A DNA stretch of 64,000 bases. It comes from Octopus sinensis (taxonomy: Eukaryota). A program made the position numbers and the translations under genes. Shown here piece by piece: positions 41,696 through 52,659 of the stretch (positions are counted from its first letter, which is position 1; each line of letters begins with the position of its first letter). The stretch lies in NCBI RefSeq assembly GCF_006345805.1, contig NC_043007.1, forward strand, positions 30,070,001 through 30,134,000, in the 5' to 3' direction. The notes under the pieces were generated by a model that saw only the letters and a program-made list of their open reading frames with translations, searched no databases and was not told the DNA's origin.

Positions 41696-42696
41696 GTTGG
41701 GGCGGGATTATACCAATATTTATCGGTCAAGGGGGAGATTTAAGAGAGGGTCGATGAAAGTGTCACAGGACCCTGCAGGATTATAGAAGCGTGGACTGTT
41801 GATCCGGGTTCATTTCGGGCCAAGGTCGACTTGGGAACATTCCTTACGGAATCGACCGAGTCTTGCTGCGTGTGTTGGTGTTGCTGCTGTTGCTTGGCCC
41901 CCGGCTCAATATTGACCGTGCAAATCTATGACCAAAGACTTTCCAGATATGACCACCCCATCTATTTAGCTATTAGGGATGTTCCTCTGATTTGGTGATG
42001 CGATTTGAGGTAAACTGAAAATTTGAGGTAAACTGAAAATCTCTTTCGCCCCAGGCCAACTCAAATTGAGCAGATTCATGATCAGACAATCCAACAATAG
42101 CCATCCCTTTTGTTGGGCAAGTGGTGAGGTCAATGCTGGATTAACCATTAAGCAAAATAAGCACGTGTTTAGGGCATCAAGGGAAGGAGGGGGCACCACA
42201 GAAATGGTGAATGGTTTACGGTACAAAAGAAATCACTTAAAACTTGCTAAAATAATATTCGGGATGCCTTTATCTCTACTAGGTATAGATGTAGATGTGT
42301 TTTCTAAGATTAATTTTGAGGATCTGATCAAACCCGCACTATTTATGAGATGACACAATATATACGTGTATGTAATTTTTACAAGAGGAGCGACAGTGAC
42401 TTTGAAGCCTGCTCGCCATTGTCTTATTGTCTGGCGAAGGGTAGCAGTCCGAAACCTCCAAGTCAATGTCACTCCTTTTCTTGAAAAAGTATAATAAATA
42501 TGCACTCGACGAAAAGGATTGACTAATTGTTCAGTTTAATGTTAAATTGCTTTATCACTGGACGTAAAAGCAACCATTACGATATATATTATATAGAGTA
42601 ATTATTAAATAAGTATATTCTCAAACGCAGAATAATGCTAATAAAATAGCATGAACAGGATAAACTATCCATAATTTGCAGCAAAAATCTGTCGCC

Positions 42697-42768
42697 GGCC
42701 AGCTATGAAACTCGAACTCACATCCCTGTGATTACGCGTCAATTGCTTTACCATTAAGCTAAACTGCC
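42697..42768 (-). pseudogene. tRNA-like relic (Thr, CGT-type anticodon), probably a SINE head or tRNA pseudogene
   Basis: GGCAGTTTAGCTTAATGGTAAAGC...GTGAGTTCGAGTTTCAT.AGCTGGCC. A and B boxes are present; the acceptor stem is one base short and the anticodon stem and U33 are defective. Confidence 0.5.
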
Positions 42769-42882
42769 CAGCGAGAAACTCTTCTGCAATTTTAGGATAT
42801 ATAAATCTAGCTTTATAAGATGCTGTATCATTCAATACATCTCAATGCTTCTAAAGCAAACTTTGTTGACTTTCAACGTAGG

Positions 42883-42958
<76 letters not shown>

Positions 42959-42960
42959 CA

Positions 42961-42991
<31 letters not shown>

Positions 42992-43062
42992 GTGTGTGTG
43001 TGTGTCTTTGTGTATACATATCGTATTCGAAGTGCTTGATGTATTTTTGTTTTCTATTTCAG

Positions 43063-43476
43063 TGTTTATAATCATTATGACTGCCACAACAACAGGAATA
43101 GCAAAATCACCATCATCATCATCATCAACATCAACAGCATCAAGAACATTAGCAAACACAACGTGTGGTGGCGATCGTGCCCGCACCATACTCAAATGTC
43201 TCAGTCTCATTCGGACAATCTTTAGCAGCGATGACCTCTTCTGGTTCGGTAAGATCTATTCCTCGTTGTGTCCGTCTTACAAGACCAAAGTGGACATTTC
43301 CTGTTATAAAGACCCAGTGACCACCACCACCGTTGATGCTATCTCCACCTCCACCACCACCATCAGGAAAAAGATCAACAATGACGACAGCCTCTTAACT
43401 TTATTGTTTCGGCCGGGCGAGTTCAACGTGAAACGATTTGACCGCTATTTGAACGTCTCCTACCGATCTCCACAAG
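43063..43476 (+). CDS. Tandem-PEBP gene exon 2 (signal peptide end, 4-Cys region, Thr-rich linker, start of PEBP domain 1)
   Basis: Acceptor ttttgttttctatttcAG, donor CAAG|GTAATG, phase 1 to 1. The frame is open (FIIIMTA...FDRYLNVSYRSPQ) and continuous with exon 3. Confidence 0.75.
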
Positions 43477-44735
43477 GTAATGCCGCTTCCCCCCACTTCT
43501 GCACCTCATTCCTGTCGCCCTTAGCCTGTTGGCAGGATAACCCTAGCCTTACTTTAACCAAAATCGCATTTCAAACACCGGTCCTTTTCTTCTGGTGATC
43601 TCTACACTAGAATATTGTTCCTTCGTCTCAGGGATGCTGCTGCTGTGTCCAGTTATTGTAGACCGCATCTAAAGATGAAGTCTCTCAATTGCGTGATCCT
43701 TTTCCCGAGGTGGGGGAGAAGTTTCGGATAATTCCCACGCCTCAATTTTGTGTCCTCATAACTGTCATATTTTGATGATATAAATTACAATTATGTTGGG
43801 AGAAAAAGAGAGAAAAAACCCTTTGAGGTCTTTTCCTCACTTTCTCGACTGGAATTTGTTAAATGAATCTTTTTTAATTAAATGAACATTTCCAAAGATA
43901 TCGGTTTAATTTGAAGACAACAAATCATCAGTGATGTGTGGCCCTATCTACATATATTCTTGTAACTGTATTGTATTGCTTCCACATGGGTTAATATCGG
44001 TCTGTAAAGCTTCTGGCATTATGCAAATAAGTTTGCATGATAATTCTTGTTTCAAGCATTGTTTTCTAAGTAGTTCTCTACTATTTCTATGAGAAGCAAA
44101 GATAGAGATAAGCGATCCCTGATGAGTTTTAAGAAATACGAAACTGTTCCATTTGACCCTTAATTCGAGTTACCGAATTCCCTGTTATTTACCCAAGAGT
44201 CCTATTTTCACAGCGTGACTTAAAATACACTCTTTAAACAAGAATTTCACTCTTCTTTTTATTTGCTTAGGGTTTCTTGGTTTATTTAGAAAGAGGAACT
44301 GGGCTCGTAGCCTTCGGAGGTTCCCTCCTTGGCCGAGAATAAATATTTATTCCTTAATATTATTTGTACACTATTGTGTCTCGGCACGGTCATTGTGTCA
44401 ATAATAAATACACGCACTAGTTCTATTTCATTTCTTTATTATTATTATATTATTATTTGCCAACTGATTAGCCGTTTAACCAATTAACTAACCGAGACCT
44501 GGTGTAGGGAAGGATGTCATTAATGAAGTAGCGAATGGCAACGAAAGGACTTTAAGAAAATGTAGCCGACTGACCAAAAAATTATTCAAACAATCAATTA
44601 GTTAAATGGTTACCCAACTGATAAATATAACCAGTGCGTGTGTTTATCATTGACCTAATGACCCTCCCGAAATGCATCGGAATATGTTTCAACACACGAG
44701 TTCACCAAATGCAAAACTGTTGTGTTATTTTCCAG

Positions 44736-44971
44736 GTCAGTACAAAGCCTGTGCTAATACATACAAGATGGACGCGTATCCCTATTTAGAGGTGAATCCT
44801 TCAGCAGCCACGTGGCTGACCCCTTGGCAGATGAGAAAGATGCCAGATGTTCACTGGGTTCAATTCAATTCAGACCCACAACACTACACCCTCATGTTTT
44901 ACGACAGCAGCAACAGCAACGTGAAAGGCCTCTACACCAACATCCTGGAGAACAAACTGACCATCTCCACG
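44736..44971 (+). CDS. Tandem-PEBP gene exon 3 (PEBP-like domain 1, N-half)
   Basis: Acceptor gttattttccAG, donor ACG|GTAGGC, phase 1 to 0. WLTPWQMRKMPDVHW...HYTLMFYD...YTNI matches LTP.Q....P.V.W...YTL.M.D...NI. Confidence 0.85.
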
Positions 44972-45010
44972 GTAGGCTCTTGTTTCTGGTGTTGGCGGTG
45001 GCAGCAATGA

Positions 45011-45148
45011 TCTTCTTCTTCTTCTTCTTCTTCTTCTTCTTCTTCTTCTTCTTCTTCTTCTTCTTCTTCTTCTTCTTCTTCTTCTTCTTCTTCTTCTTCT
45101 TCTTCTTCTTCTTCTTCTTCTTCTTCTTCTTCTTCTTCTTCTTCTTCT

Positions 45149-45170
<22 letters not shown>
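45011..45170. repeat. Uninterrupted (TTC)n, about 53 units
   Basis: Read directly from the sequence; starts 40 nt after the exon 3 donor. Confidence 0.95.
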
Positions 45171-45209
<39 letters not shown>

Positions 45210-45213
<4 letters not shown>

Positions 45214-45425
45214 TTGTGTCTGTTTGTCCCCCCAGCATCGCTTGACAACCGATGCTGGTGTGTTTATGTCCCCGTAACTTAGTGGTTCGGCAATAGAGAC
45301 CGATAGAATAAGTACCAGGCTTACAAAGAATAAGTCTTGGGGGGGGGACGATTTGCTCGACTAAAGTCGGTGCTGCAGCATGGCCGCAGTCAAATGACCG
45401 AAACAAGTTAAAGAATAAAAGAATA
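45210..45425 (+). mobile_element. SINE 3' portion (family with gcatggccgcagtcaaatgaccgaaacaag tail)
   Basis: Related to 28960-29180 and 620-670. Confidence 0.6.
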
Positions 45426-46881
45426 AAAGAATATATATATACGTATGTATGCACACACACACTCACACACACACAATCACACACACACATACATACCTAC
45501 AACAGTATCAGTTGCAATGGTTCACACCTAACAACAGACCCTGCTTAGTAAATAGCTACGGGCAAACACCATTACATAAGGTTTTTACACCCTTATTCCA
45601 CCCGATTTTAAGGATTAGGCTTAATCTAAACATTACTTCCTCCAACCCTCACCCCTTTCCTCATCCCACTCCCCATCTTTCACTCTACTGCCCCCCCCCA
45701 CCGTATTGCCACCGTATTTGTTTAATTAACTGGTTTCTATGCATTTTGCAGAATCACAAAACCATCTCAGATGGCGACGGGGGGGGGGGGGTGAGTGAGT
45801 GTCCATTCTTCGTTTAAAGCCACAAAACTTATTTTACTCAGCGGTTCCTTCTGCAGGAACATCAACAGCCAAGTATGGCTGAATCTACTCATTGTAGTAA
45901 ATATCAAACCTCTAATTAAAAATACATCTGTGGTGGGGAAAGAATGACATTGATTGGGCAATGACTGAAATGATTTTAATCCTTTTTCTGTAAGTACAGG
46001 GAGACAACTACGGACAAGTTTCGGTGTTATTATACCTCTTCATTTCTTTGTATTTGACGAAATAACGATGAGGAAACTTCTGAATATATGAATATAGTTA
46101 TAAGATGTGTAGGTGTGGAAATCCGAATAATAGCGTATCTAGTCACCCTTAATTCGTTTTGGCTGAGTATTTGTCAAAATTCATTTGCAAAAATCTTATT
46201 TTTCATTAAACCACCCTTACACACTATTTTTATATTTTTGTTTATCCCTGATCTACTCTGATTGAAGAAACCTAGGCTCAGAGAGTTCCCAGCCATTTCT
46301 AGCATCATTTTCTCACTATTTCTTTTTAAATTTGAAGATGTATTTAATCTATTTAGAACTACTTTATCCAGTATGTCCTTCATTTTTTAAAGACAACTAG
46401 ATGTAATAGTATATATATTTGGTTAGTCTTTCTAGCAGGTTCAGCGATCATGAAGAGCTTTATTCGTTAGACAAACAGACCAACAAAATATGTGTCGTTT
46501 TCTTTTTTAAAATAAAAGTAACCTGACACACCCAAGAAACCATTGGACGCTTTCCTCAGTAGGAATAAAAACTGTGTTCAATAAATGTTTTAAAAAGCTA
46601 AACAAAACTTCTACTCCACGTCAGAAAACTATTTTATTTCAGACAAACATTATTTACCAATTTTCTATGAAAAACTGAAGTCCACTCATTTACCGGATAC
46701 AAGGATTCTAAGTAACACCAGACAGTCGTTAGCCCCAGGACACGCACAAAGTTCTTTTCGTCCTCCATTTCTTAATTTTGATGTTTTTCAAAAAGCTTCC
46801 TGTTTACACTTTGAAGGTTTCTTGTAATTCTTCAAACAAACAGATTTGCCAATGAGGATTTGATTCTTACATAGCCTTCGG

Positions 46882-46964
<83 letters not shown>

Positions 46965-47541
46965 ATCTATCTAACAATCTATCTATCTATACAGACACAC
47001 TACATGTATGTATATGTAATACACACACACACACACACACACACACGCACGCACGCACACACACACAACACACACACACACACACACATAAAAGCAAAAC
47101 ATTCAAATACTAAGCTTTGAAATAAGATATCACTACTGTTAATATCATCTGTGGATAAAATTTAAAATTGATGGTATCAACAGTAGTAGCATGGGTGGTT
47201 CGCAGGAAAATAGCATTATTCAGCTATAAATTATAAATTTGCACCAAGCGCAAGGATGTATAAAAGCATACACCTGCTAGAAATAAGAGTTAAAGTCTTA
47301 ATTAAACCACCGTACAGCACCAAGATAACAGCGAAATAACACTAGGCGAGGAAACGCAAAGAATTAATACATTCAAAAACACAGCCATAAAAGATTATTT
47401 ATATATGTCTATATTTATATATGTAATTAATTAATAAGGGTGAGAGAATTAGATACTATATCTATTCAACACCAAGTGGCCCAGTGCTTCGAGAAACCTG
47501 GATTATTATAATATTTTATTATATATTATAATATTTTATAC

Positions 47542-47901
47542 AAAAATAAATATAAGAGAATGGTCACTATGTGGCTCATTCTAGCACTAGAAAATCCAAA
47601 AAGTTTCAACCACAAAAATACATGTTTCCCGTGAAAGTCAGTACGATTGTTAGCTCACACGAACAGGGCAAATAAAATAACAAAAATACAGATATTAAAT
47701 TACATTTAATTCATTAATAGCGAAACAATGTCCCAAAATAATCTGTATTTTTGTTATTTTTATTTGCCCTGTTCGTGGTGTAGCTAACAATCGTACGTAT
47801 GACTTTCACGGGAAAACATGTATTTTTTGTGGTTGTTGAATTTTTGGATTTTCTAGTGCTAGAATGAGCCACATAGTGACCATTCTCTTATATTTATTTT
47901 T
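47542..47901. repeat. Foldback element, about 155-bp arms and 40-nt spacer
   Basis: 47542-47696 is the reverse complement of 47737-47901, with a few indels. Confidence 0.85.
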
Positions 47902-48095
47902 ATATTTATATTTTATATGTATATATATGTATATATGTGTGTTTGTGTGTATGTATATTTATACAAATGCATATAACCTTATTTTAATACATGCACCCCT
48001 TATTTTTCGAGTACCACCCGGAGTATTCGAGCGGTTCCAATCAGTGCTGTTTTTTGCAAGTGCTCCACCCTTATTCCAGCCCCTATTCGTTTTAT

Positions 48096-48940
48096 GTTAG
48101 TTAGTTAGTTAGTTAGTTAATTTGGCTCAAAAGCAAATAGCAAGGCCATGTAGGGGAACATGGAGTTAAGTACAGGGTGGTGTTCATGTAAAGAGTTCAG
48201 GCCACTTGAGGTCCAGGGAGGCTTTGAACAAAGCGGTCGTCGGCATCTTCACCATCTCGTCTGGCAGCTTGTTCCACGGATCCGCAACCCGGACGGAGAA
48301 AGCTCCTCTCCTTCGATTGAGATGAAATCGTCTCAGGTAGAGCTTTCGGAATGACCCCGCAGCCGACGCTCTGGAGCAGGAGTGAAGAACAGCTCTTTCG
48401 AGAGGTTACACTTTCCGCTTATGATGTTGTGGGCGAGAATGAGATCACCACGGCGGCGGCGTCTTCCAAGAGAATAAAGGTCGAGCGTCCTCACCCTTTC
48501 TTCGTAGGACAAATTTTGAGACCATGAACAAACATGCGGGTAGCCAGCTTCTGGACTCTTTCGAGATGCTGTATGTCTTGAGGGATAAGGAGAAGAGGCT
48601 TGAATCCCATACTCCAATATGGGTCTCACCAGCGTGACATAGAGTGGTAGGAATATGGCTGCTGTGAGCATTCCGAATGACCGTCGAATCAAGAACAGAA
48701 TTCCGCGTGCTTTGTTGCAGCATGGACGCACTGGGCCGAAGGGCGAAAAGGAGGAGGAATCACCAAGATCCCAGGTCCTTTACCTGATCGGTCCTCTCCA
48801 GCAGCAGACGACCCGGCTCGAAATCAAGTTGAGTTGCAGGAAGTAGAGCCGACAGGCAGATGACAGCACTTTGACACGTTCAGACACAGGTCCAATCGTT
48901 AGACACTTCCAAATTTGGTGGAGGCATCGACAAAGATCGA
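48096..48940 (-). mobile_element. CR1-like LINE 3' fragment (post-RT region) with (TAAC)n tail
   Basis: AANKARGILFLIRRSF...LYVTLVRPILEYG...LSYEERVRTLDLYSL.RRR.RGDLI..H.I...RLRGH. Confidence 0.9.
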
Positions 48941-49311
48941 CGAAGATGTATTTCTCGAGATGTTTAATCACTGTTCCCAGGGCTCCTACAATTATTGGTA
49001 CTACTGCTACCTTTTTCAGCGACTACAATTGCTTAACCTCCCAAGCTAATCTGTCATATCTCTCGACTTTTCTTTCTTTCTTATCGCATACCTTGTTGTC
49101 AGCTGGGCATGCCATATTTATGATCAAGCATCGCTTGCTCCCTTTTTAAAAAAAAAATAAATGATAAATAAAAAAAAAAAACTGCAAAACAGAAATGCTA
49201 TTAAAAAAAAATTGAGAAATTATTATTATTATTATTATATTATTATTATTATTAATAGAATATTAAAATTACTAAGTCTCTATAAAAGAGATTACGGCAG
49301 CGTTTACTGGA

Positions 49312-49604
49312 AATTAATGTTATCGCCATATAATATGGCATTCTATAGATATAAGAATAATCGCTGCCGCTGGTCAGCTCCATGAGGCCACCGCCATCAA
49401 GATAGCTATTGATACACGATCTGTATCCATTATAACCTTCGAACAAGGGAGGTCAGCGCTTCACACTGCCAGTTCGAAGGTTATAATGGATACAGATCGT
49501 GTATCAATAGCTATCTTGATGGCGGTTGGCCTCATGGAGCTGACCAGCGGCAGCGATTATTCTTAATCTGTAAGAATGCCATATTAATATGGCGATAACA
49601 ATTA

Positions 49605-49607
<3 letters not shown>
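49312..49607. repeat. Foldback element, about 133-bp arms and 27-nt spacer, near (ATT)n tracts on both sides
   Basis: 49312-49444 is the reverse complement of 49472-49607. Confidence 0.9.
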
Positions 49608-49669
<62 letters not shown>

Positions 49670-49934
49670 GCAAGTGCATGTTAATTTAGTTAGCAGGTAT
49701 CTTATCTTGAGCTTTGGTGACAAGTCTCCTCAAATCTCAAGAATATTTCTTAGGATTCTTAGAATATGGAATGGTACTTTTCTGATGGTTCACAATGCGA
49801 GTTTCAATTCCAATTTCTTTCACTCTTTCAGGCAGCATTTTTGGTTTTGTGCCAATTGCACCAATTACTACAAGAATAAGTGTTATTGTAGTCTTCCTAA
49901 ATTTCGTTTGTTTTCATCACTGCTTCTAGCTACA

Positions 49935-49980
<46 letters not shown>

Positions 49981-50154
49981 ACACTACACCATGCACACAT
50001 ACAGCGTACAGCCACACAAAAAAATATGTACGTGATTATAAATTTTAGTGCAACTCCCACGTTAAAAACTCGCGCAAACGCATTCAGACGTGAATCGCAT
50101 TTCCTTTTGCTCCCATAACAAGTATGATATTGTCAGCATTATGTCTTTCCACAG

Positions 50155-50326
50155 GAAGTGATACGTTATGAAGGCCCCATGAACTTCCGGAACTTCTCGT
50201 CTCCATTCCTTATTTTGTTATTTCTACAAGAATACACAGTAGACATATCTACGGAATGGCGAAGGAGATTCCTGAAGCCAGTCTACCGATTTCTTGGCAA
50301 TTTCACCCGTGAATATAATCTGGATG
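50155..50326 (+). CDS. Tandem-PEBP gene exon 4 (PEBP-like domain 1, C-half)
   Basis: Acceptor gtctttccacAG, donor GATG|GTAAGG, phase 0 to 1. EVIRYEGP...FLILLFLQ...FTREYNLD matches Y.GP.PP...Y.FLL..Q...F...Y.L. Confidence 0.85.
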
Positions 50327-51514
50327 GTAAGGTATACTCCGAGTTGTACTTGGAAGAATCTTTTTTATGCTACGTTTGTTTCTTTTTCCGCTTCTCCCTG
50401 TACTCTCCAATTTCCGCTCTATCTGCTTCTTTCTGTCATTGTGTGTGTGTGTGTTGGTGCACACACACACACACACATACACACACGATTTAAGATATGA
50501 GATACAGAAAATGGAATTCACTGGTCTCTTATTCAGAACCACTACGATCGTTTCGTCTTAGTATGCCCCTGTACCTTACAGGTGAGATGCTGTGCAATCA
50601 ATTGTCATGCATTATATGTGCAGATGCATATCCTCCGGTAACTTTTCAATAAGTATCCCGTTGTTTCTTGCTGTTTCGCTTATTTCTATAACAAAACATA
50701 TTGGTTAGTGTAACAGCCCAGCTGTCTTCACATTGAACTCAAATAGGAGTCTTTCATTCTATATGTGTAATTTAATAAATACAGTTCTGGGCGATCTACT
50801 TCAAGTTTCATGATAGAAAAGTACAGTATTTGTCCACGCTTTTGTAAAGTGTATCATTTGCGAACCTGTAAATTCTTTAAACTTCTGAAGCTTATGAATC
50901 TCAATAATTGCTTGATCGCACCCCTTACACCCCACATGAACATGGCCGAATATTCTACTTTTCAAATTCGAAATTTGAAGTAGTTCACCCATAACTTCTC
51001 TAATAATTAAATGATCTATTTAGTCTTGCTGAAATAAGTCCTGTTTTCTGATCTTATCCACAAAGTAACTTGCAGACTCGGTCAAAAAGAGATGTTGTAC
51101 TAAATTATATTGCTTTGTGTAGCGTGGTTATGATGGCCAATGCAGGCCATCAGTGGTTATCTTGGACTCTAATGTTTAATTTACCACCTATCAACTGGTT
51201 GAGTGGCCAACGGTCCAAGTTCTGTTCAGTGCTGTTTCCCACGGCCAAAGCTCTTAAATTAATTAACGACCACAATTTACTTGGCACCAGAGTGACATTG
51301 TAAAGGTGACGGATGTTTCGTTAGTTTGTAAACAAATGTTCAAGTCTTCTCACAAACTGCGAACCTGGTGGAAGTGTTATCAATGATACTTCTATTCCAA
51401 TTCTGCTCAAACTCGCTCAAACACCCATGGAATGATTAAATTTATTCTTATACTGCCTTGATTATTTATTTTCATTCGTTCATTCACTCTTTCTTTCTCT
51501 CTCGTTATCTCAAG

Positions 51515-51619
51515 GCCCCGTCGCTGTCAACTGGGCCCTAGTGTCAACAGACCTTTATGCAACAGAACAAAACCGCATTTCCAATATCGTAGACAACTGT
51601 CCACACTATATCGCTAGAG
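51515..51619 (+). CDS. Tandem-PEBP gene exon 5 ([16 protein letters not shown]...NCPHYIAR)
   Basis: Long pyrimidine tract then tctcaAG, donor GAG|GTAAGT, phase 1 to 1. PVA.NW matches the PEBP terminal strand PVA.N(F/W). Missed by the ORF track. Confidence 0.85.
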
Positions 51620-51631
51620 GTAAGTAAAATC

Positions 51632-51696
<65 letters not shown>

Positions 51697-51937
51697 CATA
51701 CATACATACATACATACATACATACATACATACATGCATACATACATATATATATATGTCAGCAATCTCGAGTATAACCAGCCGAAATTGCAAAGATAAT
51801 CTGGAACTCGACTGAAGAAGAAACTCCGAATGACCCGTCCTTGTTTTCTTCGTATCGTCTATCTGGATGTTTTGTTGTCCCTTTTTTGTATCACCTAACT
51901 GTCTGAATGTTTTGCGTTCTTGTCCCATTTTGTATTT

Positions 51938-51968
<31 letters not shown>

Positions 51969-52288
51969 ATATATATATATATATTATATATATATAGTGA
52001 GTGAGAAAGAGAGAGAGAAAGGTGTATGTGTGAAATTTACTGCCTCCATCCGACATTTCACCTTCCCATTAAAGGATCAGCTCGTGGTGTTAGACTTACT
52101 TTTACTCCAACCATTTAGCATTTGTAGTTTGTATACGAAGTACACACAGCATTATACAAACTGCAGAAGCTCTAATGACTTCTAAATATTTATTTTTGTC
52201 ACATTTTCTTCCACCTGTCTATAAAAGTGTTTGAACTAAAGTTTTTTTTCTTACATTTCTTATTCCATAATTTCCCACGTGATGGCAG

Positions 52289-52409
52289 CACTTGCAAAAC
52301 ACGAACGCACATTTATCCCACCTAATTTACACCTGTACGTCGGTCTTTACGTCTCCTTCACCTCTGCAAGTATTACCTATCAATCTTGCTGCAATGAGTA
52401 TAAATCCAA
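52289..52409 (+). CDS. Tandem-PEBP gene exon 6 (ALAKHERTFIPPNLHLYVGLYVSF...SCCNEYKS)
   Basis: Acceptor ...gatggcAG, donor CAA|GTATGT, phase 1 to 2. It exactly bridges the phases of exons 5 and 7 and parallels the exon 2/3 junction peptide. Confidence 0.75.
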
Positions 52410-52419
52410 GTATGTACAT

Positions 52420-52648
52420 ATTTATTATTATTTTTGGCTTTTTGCTTTGGTTTTATTCCTGGTAGGATTTATATGGGTAGCGGGTTACTACCTGTAACCT
52501 TAGGTGCACACAAGTTTTCGGCAGCATTTCAAGTGCTTGGGACCAACCTGATAATCCTTACTGTCCCAAAGAAACAATCTTTCTGTAGGAGTCCTACCGG
52601 GCATTCTGTTTCAATCGCCTTCAGTCATTTGTCTTGGCTCACTGTTCA
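52420..52648 (-). mobile_element. 3' end of a second R4/Dong-like family
   Basis: The minus strand reads LKAIETECPVGLLQKDCFFGTVRIIRLV*, the REL-LINE terminal LQK..L.GT..I.R motif; abuts (ATT)n. Confidence 0.65.
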
Positions 52649-52659
52649 TTATTATTATT

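Noticed and set aside
41966-42353. ORFs on both strands, one with LFCLMVNP...GWLL vaguely PEBP-like
   Set aside because: The PEBP-like ORF is on the wrong strand for the gene, lacks DPD/HW/GP motifs, and has no splice support.
48880-48940. Apparent identical 5' truncation point of CR1 copies at 48889 and 63734
   Set aside because: The 48-kb copy continues upstream with frameshifts (DLCRCLHQIWK.SNDW.LCLN), so the endpoints differ.
52466-52640. Apparent acceptor and + strand ORF (IYMGSGLLPV...) as a PEBP exon
   Set aside because: It is the antisense of an R4-like LINE 3' end, and exons 6 and 7 already join in phase.
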